In this document: one piece after another, positions 46,215 to 55,709 of the stretch
Numbering within the stretch: position 1 is the stretch's first letter
Layout: each line of letters opens with the position of its first letter
Assembly: GCA_947259315.1 (NCBI GenBank)
Contig: CAMYLR010000011.1
Coordinates: forward strand, 72,177-136,176
DNA from: an uncultured Gemmatimonadales bacterium
Lineage (GTDB): Bacteria > Gemmatimonadota > Gemmatimonadetes > JACCXV01 > JAHWKZ01
Reading direction: 5' to 3'
DNA: 64,000 bases
The notes under the pieces: generated by a model
Seen by the model: only the letters and a program-made list of their open reading frames with translations
What the model was told of the DNA's origin: nothing
The model's database searches: none
Made by a program: the position numbers and the translations under genes

Positions 46215-47465
46215 ATGACCGGGCCCGCCGTCAACCTGGTAGGTATCAGCCACAAAACGGCGCCACTCGCCCGCCGAGAGCGGTTTGCGTTTCCTACCGC
46301 GACGTGTCGCGAGATCCTCTCGCAATCGACCGAAGAGACGCTGATCCTGGTGACCTGTAATCGAACTGAGCTGTATGGTTTGGCCGGGGCGGCGGAGCTC
46401 GAATCGAGCCTGTTGGCGGCAGCCAACGCCGGCCAGGGGCCGTTCTATGTCCGCGAGGGCCGCGAGGCGGTCGAACACCTCTACGAGGTCGCCGGCGGGC
46501 TCGACTCGATGGTGCTGGGAGAGCCCCAGATACTGGGACAAGTGAAACGGGCGATGGGGACGGCGCGCGACGCGGGTCGGTTGGGACCCGTTCTAGACGA
46601 GCTGACCCGCCGTGCGGTCCGTGTTGGTCGGAGGATCAGGGGCGAAACCGGTGTTGGGCGCGGGTTGCCGTCGATCCCGAAGGTCGCCACTGGGATGGCA
46701 CGACTGACGCTCGGCGAGCTAAGTGGACGCTCGATGCTCATCATTGGCTCCGGAAAGCTCGGTGATTTGACCGCACAGACGCTGCAGCGGGCTGGTGCGG
46801 CCGACATCGTGGTTACCAACCGCCACTCGGAATCGGCCCAGCGGCTGGCTCAATCGATCGGCGGTCGAGCGGAACCGCTCGGCGAGATCGATCGGCTGCT
46901 CGCCGACGCCGACATCGTCATATCGTGCACATCTTCACAGACCCCGATCCTCGACCGCCACCAGTTGGAGCGCGTGGTCGGGCAACGTCGTTCGCCGCAG
47001 CCATTGGTCATCATCGACATCGCGGTGCCGCGAGACATCGAGCCGACGGCCTGCGAAATCGAGGGTGTACACCTGTTCGATCTCGATGACCTGCGCGGAT
47101 GGAGCTCGGAGGCCGTTCCCAGGAAAGCGATTGACGCGGCTCGAGACATCGTCGCTGCCGAGGCGCAGGATTTCGATGTGTGGTTGGCGGGTCGCTCCGC
47201 GGTGCCAACGATCCGGGCGCTTCGCGATCGAGCCGAGCGAATCGTCGCCGCGGAGGTGGAGCGAGCGGGCTCAAATGACCAGGAGACGCTACGAGCCTTT
47301 GGAAGGCGAGTGATAAACAAGCTGCTACACCATCCGACAGCCAGACTCAAAGACCGGGCCGCCTCGGAAGGGGAGACCTACCTCGACCTCGCTCGCGATC
47401 TCTTCGCTCTCGATCTCGAGTTTCCTGACGAGCGGGGCAATGGTGGGCGTGACAGTGGTGGGTGA
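46215..47465 (+). CDS. hemA: Glutamyl-tRNA reductase
   Basis: HKTAP, TCNRTE, GLDSMVLGEPQILGQVK, IDIAVPRDI. Confidence 0.95.
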   Translation: MTGPAVNLVGISHKTAPLARRERFAFPTATCREILSQSTEETLILVTCNRTELYGLAGAAELESSLLAAANAGQGPFYVREGREAVEHLYEVAGGLDSMVLGEPQILGQVKRAMGTARDAGRLGPVLDELTRRAVRVGRRIRGETGVGRGLPSIPKVATGMARLTLGELSGRSMLIIGSGKLGDLTAQTLQRAGAADIVVTNRHSESAQRLAQSIGGRAEPLGEIDRLLADADIVISCTSSQTPILDRHQLERVVGQRRSPQPLVIIDIAVPRDIEPTACEIEGVHLFDLDDLRGWSSEAVPRKAIDAARDIVAAEAQDFDVWLAGRSAVPTIRALRDRAERIVAAEVERAGSNDQETLRAFGRRVINKLLHHPTARLKDRAASEGETYLDLARDLFALDLEFPDERGNGGRDSGG

Positions 47466-48381
47466 AGCGCGGCCGCGGTTGCGGATCGGGACCCGGGGTA
47501 GCGCACTAGCCAGAGCCCAAACGCGGCTCGTCTCGCGGGCACTCGAAGCGGCCGGTTGGGAAACCGAGGAAGTCGTCGTGCGAACGGCTGGGGATCGGTC
47601 TCCGGATGCGTCTCCGGCCGAGTTGGGGCGCGGCGCTTTCGTGGCTGCGCTCGAGCGTGCCCTCACGGATCGGTCGGTCGACCTGACCGTGCACAGCGCC
47701 AAGGACTTGCCAACTGGTGATCGGCCCGCGGTGACGGTGATCGCTTACCCACCACGCGCGGACGCCCGCGACGCGATCGTGACCCGCGACGGGGAACCAC
47801 TGGCGAGTCTGCCGCCGGGTGCGCGGGTCGCAACATCGAGTCCTCGCCGACGCGCATTCCTGCTGTCCGAGCGTGACGACCTCAACGTGGTCCCGATTCG
47901 CGGCAACGTCGATACGCGACTCGCCAAGCTGGATCGGGGTGACGTCGACGCTTTGTGCGTTGCAGCAGCGGGGCTCGATCGGCTCGGTTTGGCGAGCCGC
48001 GCCGCTGAGCGGCTTGCGCCAGCGCGTATGCTCCCGGCTGTTGGTCAGGGCGCTCTCGCGGTTCAGATCCGAAACGAGGATGAAGACCTCGAGGGTGATC
48101 TCAGTTCGCTTGATGATCCGATTACGCGCCGGGCGGTGACCGCGGAGCGCAGTTTTCTGGGAGCGATGGGGGGTGGCTGCCAGACCCCGCTGGCGGCTTA
48201 CGCGATCTGCGAAGACGACCAGCTGACGATCGATGGGGCAGCGATCGACCCCGCTGGCGGCCAGGCGTTCTTTGATCGCTCGACCGGCCCGATCGACGAG
48301 GCCGCTCGGATCGGGAGTCAGCTCGCCGAGCGACTGCTGGCGAATGGCGCCGATGTGATCGTGGGGGTGGGACTGAAGTGA
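47440..48381 (+). CDS. hemC: Hydroxymethylbilane synthase
   Basis: IGTRGSALARAQ, VHSAKDLP, RGNVDTRL, PAVGQGAL, GGGCQTP. Confidence 0.95.
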   Translation: MVGVTVVGEARPRLRIGTRGSALARAQTRLVSRALEAAGWETEEVVVRTAGDRSPDASPAELGRGAFVAALERALTDRSVDLTVHSAKDLPTGDRPAVTVIAYPPRADARDAIVTRDGEPLASLPPGARVATSSPRRRAFLLSERDDLNVVPIRGNVDTRLAKLDRGDVDALCVAAAGLDRLGLASRAAERLAPARMLPAVGQGALAVQIRNEDEDLEGDLSSLDDPITRRAVTAERSFLGAMGGGCQTPLAAYAICEDDQLTIDGAAIDPAGGQAFFDRSTGPIDEAARIGSQLAERLLANGADVIVGVGLK

Positions 48382-49151
48382 AGGGCAACCTCTTGCACGG
48401 TTGGCGCGTCCTTGTGACCGCCTCGGAGGGTGGTCGGTTCTGCGATCATCTAGAGCGCAACGGTGCGCTATCGGTTCACGTCCCGACGATAGCGATTCGG
48501 CCGCTCGGTGGTGAGCTGATCGATGGCGCGTTGCGCCGACTCGAAGCCTACGACTCGATTGTGCTGACCAGCAGCAACGGGGTGGACTCGCTGGCAAACC
48601 GGCTGGTGGCGCTTGGGGTGACAGTGCCCTCGGGACTGGCTTGGGTAGCGGTCGGGCCCCGGACGCGTGACGCGCTCGAGTCGTCGCTAGGCGTCGAGGT
48701 GCGCGCCATGCCATCCGAACAACGGGCGGCGGCGATTCCCGACGTGATGGGAGACGTCGAGGGCCGACGAGTGCTCCTCGTACGGGCCAAGCGAGCTACC
48801 GAGGAGCTGCCGATGATTCTGCGCCAGCGGGGTGCGGTGGTGGACGATGTGGCGGCTTACGAGACGATCGAGGGGCCGGAGGATGTGCGCAGTGCGCTCG
48901 AGTTGGCACTGACCGAGCCCCCGCGTGCGATCGTATTCACCAGCGGCTCGACCGTACGGGGTTTTGCGCGACTCGTCCCCGACCCGCGAAGCGCGTTGGA
49001 CGGAGCGGTGATCGCCTGCATCGGGCCAGTGACGTCGGAGGCTGTTCGGCAAGCCGAGCTAGGTGTCCCGGTCGAGGCAGCCGAGCCCACTCCCAAAGGG
49101 ATCGTCGAAGTACTGGTGGCTGCTTCGGGACCGGATCGCGCCCGTGTCTAG
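48378..49151 (+). CDS. hemD: Uroporphyrinogen-III synthase
   Basis: LTSSNGV, AVGPRT, FTSGSTV, CIGPVT; position in the hem operon. Confidence 0.9.
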   Translation: MKGNLLHGWRVLVTASEGGRFCDHLERNGALSVHVPTIAIRPLGGELIDGALRRLEAYDSIVLTSSNGVDSLANRLVALGVTVPSGLAWVAVGPRTRDALESSLGVEVRAMPSEQRAAAIPDVMGDVEGRRVLLVRAKRATEELPMILRQRGAVVDDVAAYETIEGPEDVRSALELALTEPPRAIVFTSGSTVRGFARLVPDPRSALDGAVIACIGPVTSEAVRQAELGVPVEAAEPTPKGIVEVLVAASGPDRARV

Positions 49152-50118
49152 TTCGAGGTTCGAGCGTTTTCGAAGGCTGCGGCGAACGCCAGCGATGCGA
49201 GCGTTGATCGCCGAGACTCGACTCTCTGCGCGCCAGCTGGTGTATCCGATGTTTGTTCGGGACGGACAGGGGGTACGCGAACCGATCGCGTCGATGCCGG
49301 GCCAGGAGCGGGTGTCGGCCGACGAGCTGGTGCGCGATGTCGACCGTGCCTCCGAGCTCGGGATCGGTGGAGTCTTATTGTTTGGCTTGCCGGCCGAGAA
49401 AGACGGTGTCGGCAGCGGCGCATGGGACGAAGACGGGGTCGTTCAGCGCGCGATTAGGGCGGTGCGCCAAGCCGATCCGGGCTTGGTCGTGGCGGCCGAC
49501 GTTTGTCTGTGTGGCTACACCGATCACGGTCACTGCGGGGTGTTACGCGATGGCGATGTGGACAACGACGAGACGTTGCCGTTGCTGGCGCGAGCTGCCG
49601 CGTCCCTGGCGGCAGCAGGGGCGGATATCGTCGCGCCGAGCTCGATGATGGACGGCCAGGTCGCGGCGATCCGTTTGCAGCTCGACGAGGCGGGTCACCG
49701 GGACGTGGCGATCATGGCTTATGCCGCCAAGTACGCGTCGGCGTTCTACGGCCCGTTTCGTGACGCCGCCGATTCAGCTCCCCAGAGCGGAGATCGGCGG
49801 GGGTACCAAATGGATCCGTCCCATGTTCGGCAGGGGTTGGCGGAGATCGCTACCGATCTCTCCGAGGGGGCCGACGTGGTGATGGTCAAACCCGCGCTGG
49901 CCTATCTCGACGTGATTCGCGCCGCGCGCGAGCGGTTCGACGCGCCCCTCGCTGCGTACAGCGTGAGCGGTGAGTACGCGATGCTGGCGGCGGCCGCCGA
50001 ACGCGGTTGGCTGGATCACGAGGCCGTGGTTCTCGAGTCGCTGAACGCGATCGTCCGTGCGGGTGCGGACATCGTGATCACCTACTCCGCACTGGATGCC
50101 GCCCGTTGGCTGAGTTGA
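49144..50118 (+). CDS. hemB: Porphobilinogen synthase (Zn-type)
   Basis: DVCLCGYTDHGHCG, SMMDG, FYGPFRDA, MVKP, YSVSGEY. Confidence 0.96.
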   Translation: MSSSRFERFRRLRRTPAMRALIAETRLSARQLVYPMFVRDGQGVREPIASMPGQERVSADELVRDVDRASELGIGGVLLFGLPAEKDGVGSGAWDEDGVVQRAIRAVRQADPGLVVAADVCLCGYTDHGHCGVLRDGDVDNDETLPLLARAAASLAAAGADIVAPSSMMDGQVAAIRLQLDEAGHRDVAIMAYAAKYASAFYGPFRDAADSAPQSGDRRGYQMDPSHVRQGLAEIATDLSEGADVVMVKPALAYLDVIRAARERFDAPLAAYSVSGEYAMLAAAAERGWLDHEAVVLESLNAIVRAGADIVITYSALDAARWLS

Positions 50119-50801
50119 GCGCTCGCAATTTCGTCCACGTGCTGGCGTTACGGGTCGACCCCGCCTGGCGGAGGGAATCGCGTGAAACGCGTCGCGTCGA
50201 GTGCGAAGAGCTGCTCGAGGCCGCCAGTCGAGCCGCCGAGAGAGTGACGACATACACGTACTCGATGATCGGCACACGGACCGACGTGGATCTGCTGTTT
50301 TGGCGACTCGGTGCGTCGCTCGAGGACCTCGAGGAGACCGCGAGTTCGCTGTTGTGTTCGGGTGTCGGGAAATGGTGCACGATCTCCCATTCCATGATCG
50401 GCTTGGTCCGACCTTCTAAGTACGTAAAAGAGAGAACTCCCCAGGAGGAGGCGATGTTCACCGGCGATCGTTCCCGGTATCTGATCGTCTACCCGTTCGT
50501 CAAGACGACCGAGTGGTACTTGCTGCCGGAAGACGAGCAACGTCGTCAGATGTCGGAGCACATCCGGGTGGGGCGGCGCTACCCGATGATCCAGCAGTTG
50601 CTCGCATATTCGTTTGGACTCGACGATCAGGAGTTCATCGTCGCTTACGAGACCGATGATCTTGGCGCTTTTCAGGACCTCGTTCGTGACCTCAGAGCGA
50701 CCGAAGGCCGGTTGGCGACGGTCCGCGACGTTCCGCAACTGGTAGGGGTCCATCGTCCGCTGGCCGACATAATGGCGTTGATCGGAGGGTCGGAGGCGTG
50801 A
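50115..50801 (+). CDS. chdC: Coprohaem decarboxylase (chlorite dismutase family)
   Basis: YPFVK (catalytic Tyr/Lys), WYLL, EH proximal His, distal Gln (IQQ), GLDDQEF; inside the hem operon. Confidence 0.8.
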   Translation: MSARNFVHVLALRVDPAWRRESRETRRVECEELLEAASRAAERVTTYTYSMIGTRTDVDLLFWRLGASLEDLEETASSLLCSGVGKWCTISHSMIGLVRPSKYVKERTPQEEAMFTGDRSRYLIVYPFVKTTEWYLLPEDEQRRQMSEHIRVGRRYPMIQQLLAYSFGLDDQEFIVAYETDDLGAFQDLVRDLRATEGRLATVRDVPQLVGVHRPLADIMALIGGSEA

Positions 50802-52069
50802 ACCAGACGCTGTTTGCGCAAGCCAGAGAGCTCTTCCCCGGGGGGGTCAACAGCCCGGTGCGCGCCTTCGGTGCGGTGGGGGGGACCCCGCGCTTTATCA
50901 CGCGCGCTGAAGGCGCCCACGTGTGGGACGCGGACGGCGTCAGACGAATCGACTACGTCTCGTCGTGGGGCGCGATCATCCTCGGTCACGCCGATCCCGG
51001 CGTCGTCGATGTGGTCCGTTCAGCTGCCAGCCTTGGCACGAGCTACGGCGCGCCGACTCCGGCTGAGATCGCGCTCGCGGAGCGCATTCGGGCTGCGATA
51101 CCGTCGGTCGAGCGGATGCGTTTCACATCCTCGGGGACGGAAGCGGCGATGAGCGCAGTCCGCTTGGCGCGAGCCCACACAGGCCGGACAAAAATCCTGA
51201 AGTTCGCTGGGTGTTACCATGGGCATATCGACGCGCTCTTGACGGCGGCGGGCTCCGGGGTCGCGACGATGGGATTGCCGGGGAGTGCCGGGGTGTCCCC
51301 AGAAGCCACCCGTGACACGCTGGTGGCTCCGTACAACGATCTAGGCGCGGTGAACGAGCTATTCGACCGTTATGGAGATGAGCTCGCGGCCGTATTGGTC
51401 GAGCCGGTGGCTGCTAACATGGGGCTGGTCCTGCCAGCGCCGGGCTTTCTCGAGCTCCTGCGCGAGCAGGCCAGCGCGCATGAAGCATTGCTGGTCTTCG
51501 ACGAGGTCATAACGGGGTTTCGCGTGGCGCCGGGTGGCGCTCAGGAGCGGTACGGCGTGATCCCTGACTTGACGTGTCTGGGGAAAGTGATCGGTGGCGG
51601 TCTTCCGGTCGGGGCGTTTGGCGGCCGGGCCGATATCATGGCTCAGGTCGCACCCGATGGACCTATGTATCAAGCCGGGACTCTGTCAGGCAACCCGTTG
51701 GCGATGGTCGCGGGCGCGGCGACTTTAGGTCGCCTCACGGACCGCAGTGTGTTCGATCGGTTGGAACAACAGACCGCTCGGCTGGCGACCGGGCTTGCGG
51801 AAGCGATTGACGCCAGCCCGCACGCCGGACGCGCTAGCGTGGCTACGCTTGCATCTCTGCTGACGCTCTTCTGGACGCCGCAACCACCGACCTCGTTCGC
51901 CGAAGCCCAAGCCGGCGACGACGAAGCGTTCGCGCGGTTCTTTCACGGCCTGCTCGATCGCGGCATCAGCCTGCCACCTTCGCCCTACGAAGCCTGGTTT
52001 GTGACGCTGGCTCACGGCGAGGACGAGATCGAAGCCACGTTGGCGGCTGCCGGGCAAGCGCTTGCCTAA
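50798..52069 (+). CDS. hemL: Glutamate-1-semialdehyde 2,1-aminomutase
   Basis: PGGVNSPVRAF, SGTEA, FDEVITGFR, GKVIGGG, YQAGTLSGNP. Confidence 0.96.
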   Translation: MNQTLFAQARELFPGGVNSPVRAFGAVGGTPRFITRAEGAHVWDADGVRRIDYVSSWGAIILGHADPGVVDVVRSAASLGTSYGAPTPAEIALAERIRAAIPSVERMRFTSSGTEAAMSAVRLARAHTGRTKILKFAGCYHGHIDALLTAAGSGVATMGLPGSAGVSPEATRDTLVAPYNDLGAVNELFDRYGDELAAVLVEPVAANMGLVLPAPGFLELLREQASAHEALLVFDEVITGFRVAPGGAQERYGVIPDLTCLGKVIGGGLPVGAFGGRADIMAQVAPDGPMYQAGTLSGNPLAMVAGAATLGRLTDRSVFDRLEQQTARLATGLAEAIDASPHAGRASVATLASLLTLFWTPQPPTSFAEAQAGDDEAFARFFHGLLDRGISLPPSPYEAWFVTLAHGEDEIEATLAAAGQALA

Positions 52070-52084
52070 CCGGTCCCGGTTCTC

Positions 52085-53095
52085 GTGAGCGATCGTTTCC
52101 TCCTCGCCTGTCGCAGCGAAGAGGTGGATTGTACGCCGGTCTGGTTTATGCGACAGGCGGGTCGATGTTTGCCCGAGTACCGCGCGATTCGAAAGCATCA
52201 TTCGTTGCTGGAGATCGTTCGCCAGCCCGAGCTCTGCACAGAAGTCACGCTCCAACCGGTCGACCGGTTCGGGGTCGATGCCGCGATCGTGTTCTCTGAC
52301 ATCACGCTGCCTTTTCTTGGCCTCGGCGTTCAATTCGAGATTCAATCCGGGGTTGGCCCGGTGGTCGAGAGCCCTTTGCGGGAGCCGGTTGACGTCGAAC
52401 GGCTGTCGGTATTCGATCCGCATTCCGACGTGGCCGAGCTGTTCGCCGCGATCGATTTGATACGACGCGCGAGCGCGGTGCCCGTGATCGGTTTCGCGGG
52501 CGCACCGTTTACGCTGGCGGCATACCTGATCGAGGGTCGACCATCGAGACGGTTCCATCTCGTGAAGGGTTTTATGCACCAACACCCCGGTGCCTGGCGG
52601 CGGCTGATGGAACAGTTGACTGACGCGACGATCGCGTATCTGGCGGCTCAGGTCGAAGCTGGCGCCCAAGCGCTGCAGGTCTTCGATTCGTGGATCGGAG
52701 CGCTGAGCCCGAGCGATTATCGCGCGTCGATTCAGCCGCATATGGAACGCTTGTTTGGGAGCCTGCCGCCGGTTCCGACGATCCACTTTGGGACCGATAC
52801 GGCGGGGTTGCTGCCGTCATTGGCGGAGGCTGGGGGTGATGTCATCGGGCTCGACTGGCGTATCGATCTCGACCGTGGGTGGGAGATCGTCGGCGACCGT
52901 GGGATCCAGGGTAACCTCGACCCAGTGGTCGCAGCCGGCCCGTGGGAGGTCGCCGAGCGTCAGACCCGTGCGATCCTGGCCGCGGCGGGTGGCCGGCGAG
53001 GGCACGTGTTCAACCTCGGCCACGGCGTTCTTCCCCACACACCCGTCGATAACTTGAAACGGTTGGTCGAGCTGGTTCACGAGGAGACCGCGTGA
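52085..53095 (+). CDS. hemE: Uroporphyrinogen decarboxylase
   Basis: PVWFMRQAGR, FSDI, GFAGAPFTLAAY, QGNLDP, NLGHG. Confidence 0.96.
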   Translation: MSDRFLLACRSEEVDCTPVWFMRQAGRCLPEYRAIRKHHSLLEIVRQPELCTEVTLQPVDRFGVDAAIVFSDITLPFLGLGVQFEIQSGVGPVVESPLREPVDVERLSVFDPHSDVAELFAAIDLIRRASAVPVIGFAGAPFTLAAYLIEGRPSRRFHLVKGFMHQHPGAWRRLMEQLTDATIAYLAAQVEAGAQALQVFDSWIGALSPSDYRASIQPHMERLFGSLPPVPTIHFGTDTAGLLPSLAEAGGDVIGLDWRIDLDRGWEIVGDRGIQGNLDPVVAAGPWEVAERQTRAILAAAGGRRGHVFNLGHGVLPHTPVDNLKRLVELVHEETA

Positions 53096-54003
53096 CTCCG
53101 GGATTGCTGGTCATGTCGTATGGGACCCCTGAGCGACTCGAGGACGTCGAGTCGTATTACACCCACATTCGGCGTGGCGATCCGCCCCCTCCGGAGCTGC
53201 TCGACGAGCTAGTGGAGCGTTACCGGGCGGTTGGGGGTCCCACGGCTCTAAATCGCATCACGCGTCGACAGGCGGCCGCGCTGGAAGCGACGCTCGGAGA
53301 TCGTGGAGCCCATGTTCAACTGTATATCGGGTTCAAGCACGTGGCGCCGTTCATCGGCGATGTCGTTGAACAGATGGCCGCCGATGGCATCGAAAGGGCG
53401 GTCGGCCTCGTGTTGGCTCCGCACTATTCGCTGCGCTCGATCGCCGAGTACCAGACGTATGCGGAAAAGAAGCGACCCGACGGTATGCGGTTAGACATCG
53501 TTTCAAGTTGGCACGACCATCCGGCGTTTATCGACGGGCTCGCCCGGCGGCTCAGCGATGCGCTGCCGGGCGCAGGCGACAACCCGCACGTCGTTTTCAC
53601 GGCACATTCGGTGCCCGCATCGGTGCTCAATCGCGGCGATCCATATCCTGATCAACTCCAACGCACGGCCCAACTGGTAGCCGAGGCCGCAAGCCTTGAC
53701 GGGTGGTCCTTCGCCTATCAGAGCGCTGGTCGTACCGGCGAACCGTGGCTGGGCCCGGACATCCTCGAGACGATCGATGAGCTCGCGGAGCGGCGGGAGA
53801 GAGGTGTGGTCGTGCAATCGATCGGATTCGTGGCCGACCACCTCGAAGTGCTCTACGACCTCGACATCGAAGCCCGCGATCTGGCGAACCGGCGTGGACT
53901 CGCCTACGCTCGCGCCGCAATGCAGAACGACGATCCGGACTTCATCGAAGCGCTGGCGACCATCGTTGAAGATCGATTGGCGACACTCGAGTCGACAGGA
54001 TGA
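53092..54003 (+). CDS. cpfC: Coproporphyrin ferrochelatase (Bacillus HemH-like)
   Basis: LLVMSYGTP...YYTHIRRG, LAPHYS, FTAHS, YQSAG...WLGPD, GFVADHLEVLYD. Confidence 0.9.
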   Translation: MTPGLLVMSYGTPERLEDVESYYTHIRRGDPPPPELLDELVERYRAVGGPTALNRITRRQAAALEATLGDRGAHVQLYIGFKHVAPFIGDVVEQMAADGIERAVGLVLAPHYSLRSIAEYQTYAEKKRPDGMRLDIVSSWHDHPAFIDGLARRLSDALPGAGDNPHVVFTAHSVPASVLNRGDPYPDQLQRTAQLVAEAASLDGWSFAYQSAGRTGEPWLGPDILETIDELAERRERGVVVQSIGFVADHLEVLYDLDIEARDLANRRGLAYARAAMQNDDPDFIEALATIVEDRLATLESTG

Positions 54004-54061
54004 ATGTGAGTTGGGGGGCCGCTCGGCAGAGCGTAGCTTGATGGCAACGAAAGGGTGAATC

Positions 54062-54361
54062 TTGAGCGTCTTTGGTAGACTGATCTTTGGCAGATGGTTC
54101 GCGCGATGGCTGCTCCGCGGTGGGCCGTGGGCGATCGCTGCCAAGCTGGCCGCAGTTGGCATTTGGGGCGCGTTCAAGTGGCGCCGTGAAACGCGCCGTC
54201 TCGCGCGCGAGGTGGAGCGCCGGGAGATCGAGGCCGAGTACGAGGTCCTGCCAGGAACCTCGGCTCCTGGGACGGGTACCGGTTCTCGGAGGCCGACCGC
54301 CGAATTGCCCGAAACATCAGCCGATAGTCAATACCCTCAGAGGAGAACAGACGGTGCTTAG
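54062..54361 (+). CDS. Small hypothetical membrane-associated protein
   Basis: Trp-rich hydrophobic N-terminus, REIEAEYEV; fills the gap before the next gene. Confidence 0.5.
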   Translation: MSVFGRLIFGRWFARWLLRGGPWAIAAKLAAVGIWGAFKWRRETRRLAREVERREIEAEYEVLPGTSAPGTGTGSRRPTAELPETSADSQYPQRRTDGA

Positions 54362-55097
54362 AACATTTTTTGTCGGAGTGTTTGCCACGTTTGTATTGAC
54401 CATGCCGGTCCTGGCTCAGGACGATACCGCGGAGAACGGTGAGCCCGAGGTGGCCGCCGATGCCGCACCAGCGGCCGAAGAAGAGCCAGCGGCCGAAGAA
54501 GAACCAGCGGCCGAAGAAGAGCCAGCGGCCGAAGAAGAGCCAGCGGCCGAAGAAGAGGTCGTGTCAATGCACGATTGGGAGTTCGCGCTCCAGCCGACCC
54601 AGCACGCGCCCAGCGGCGCGGGAGTGGTCAAGGTGACCGAGGGCGACGCCGGACAGGCTCTGGTGGTCGAGGTCGAGGGGCTACCGCTGATCGATGAGCT
54701 CGACCAGGAAGACCGCGACGTCAACGCCTACACGGTATGGATCGTCCCGAGCAAGGAGCGCGTCAAGGAATCGACCTTGGCCGGTGTGGTCACGGTGGGT
54801 CCGGAGGGAACCGGCGCGTTTGAGAGCACGACCTCGCTGGAGACGTTTGGCATCATCGTTACCGCCACGCCGGACGGTGCGCCGGAGGCGATCTCGGGGG
54901 TCCCGGTCCTGACCGGAATACCGGTGACATCGGCGCCACCAGCCGCCCCAGCTGAAGACGCCGCGGCCGATACGCCGCCCGCGGAAGGGGAAGCGGCTCC
55001 AGCTGAGGACGCCGCCGCCGATGCCCCGCCAGCTGAGGGCGAGGCCGAGCCCGAAGCCGAGGAGCCGGACGAGGAAGCGCAAGGCCAAGCTTTTTAG
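54354..55097 (+). CDS. Secreted acidic protein with RskA-C-terminal-like domain and PAAEEE repeats
   Basis: GAGGAG RBS, GTG 54354, signal peptide ending VLA-Q; YTVWIV...IVTATPDG...GVPVLTG. Confidence 0.7.
   Translation: MLRTFFVGVFATFVLTMPVLAQDDTAENGEPEVAADAAPAAEEEPAAEEEPAAEEEPAAEEEPAAEEEVVSMHDWEFALQPTQHAPSGAGVVKVTEGDAGQALVVEVEGLPLIDELDQEDRDVNAYTVWIVPSKERVKESTLAGVVTVGPEGTGAFESTTSLETFGIIVTATPDGAPEAISGVPVLTGIPVTSAPPAAPAEDAAADTPPAEGEAAPAEDAAADAPPAEGEAEPEAEEPDEEAQGQAF
54468..54557 (+). repeat. 5 x 18-bp coding tandem repeat (PAAEEE)
   Basis: CCAGCGGCCGAAGAAGAR x5 with no spacers. Confidence 0.95.
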
Positions 55098-55138
55098 CGT
55101 CGCTTAGCGACTCTTAGTAGGACCAGCCACACAGGATG

Positions 55139-55170
55139 ACCGCCTCCCCCGCTCGGGGAGGCGGTTTTTT
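55139..55170 (+). terminator. Rho-independent terminator
   Basis: ACCGCCTCCCC-CGCTC-GGGGAGGCGGT-TTTTT. Confidence 0.85.
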
Positions 55171-55180
55171 GTGGGTCTAC

Positions 55181-55210
55181 TTGACACGGCTGGCGCGTTC
55201 GTCCTACAAT
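55181..55210 (+). promoter_or_regulatory. dcw (mraZ) sigma70 promoter
   Basis: TTGACA - 18 bp - TACAAT. Confidence 0.75.
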
Positions 55211-55245
55211 GTGGGGCCAGGTGGGAAATAATGGGAGAAAGTGGG
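55211..55245 (+). promoter_or_regulatory. MraZ binding direct repeats
   Basis: GTGGG/ATGGG at 55211, 55221, 55231, 55241 (10-bp period), the known MraZ box pattern. Confidence 0.8.
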
Positions 55246-55702
55246 CTGTGGACACGAACGTTGTGGGGTCAAAACGTCGTTTCTTGGTCAGTACACGCAT
55301 TCAATCGATGAGAAGGGTCGGGTCAGCCTCCCAGCACGGTTCAGGGACGGCGAGGCGGGTCAATCTTTTGTTGCCACCCGTGGGCTCGGGTCATGTCTCT
55401 TCCTCTACCCGTTGGCCGAGTGGGATCGGGTCCTCGCGCGATTCGACCGTCAGAAGGCTCGAATCGATCCCGAGCAGCGACGTCACTTTCTCCAACTCAT
55501 GCGACACACCGTCGAGACGACCGTCGACGCCCAGGGGAGAATCCTACTCCCGAGCCCTCTCGCCAAGCTGGCAGGCATCGGCGATGAGGTCACGTTCGTG
55601 GGCGCTGGGGACGTGATCGAGATGTGGGACCCGAAGCATTATGAGGAGTTTGTTGGCCAAGCTGGTGAGGAGTTCGATCAATGGTTGACTCAGTACCTGT
55701 AG
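55241..55702 (+). CDS. mraZ: Transcriptional regulator MraZ (start uncertain: GTG 55241 or ACG 55274)
   Basis: FLGQYTHSIDEKGRVSLPARFR, DAQGRILLP, GAGDVIEMW. Confidence 0.93.
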   Translation: MGCGHERCGVKTSFLGQYTHSIDEKGRVSLPARFRDGEAGQSFVATRGLGSCLFLYPLAEWDRVLARFDRQKARIDPEQRRHFLQLMRHTVETTVDAQGRILLPSPLAKLAGIGDEVTFVGAGDVIEMWDPKHYEEFVGQAGEEFDQWLTQYL

Positions 55703-55709
55703 CGCGACC

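Noticed and set aside
50115..50801. Chlorite dismutase / perchlorate respiration
   Set aside because: The distal position is Gln rather than Arg, the YPxxK motif is present, and the gene sits inside the hem operon, which fits ChdC
54468..54557. Short direct repeats as a CRISPR array
   Set aside because: 18-bp units with no spacers, in frame within a CDS, and no cas genes
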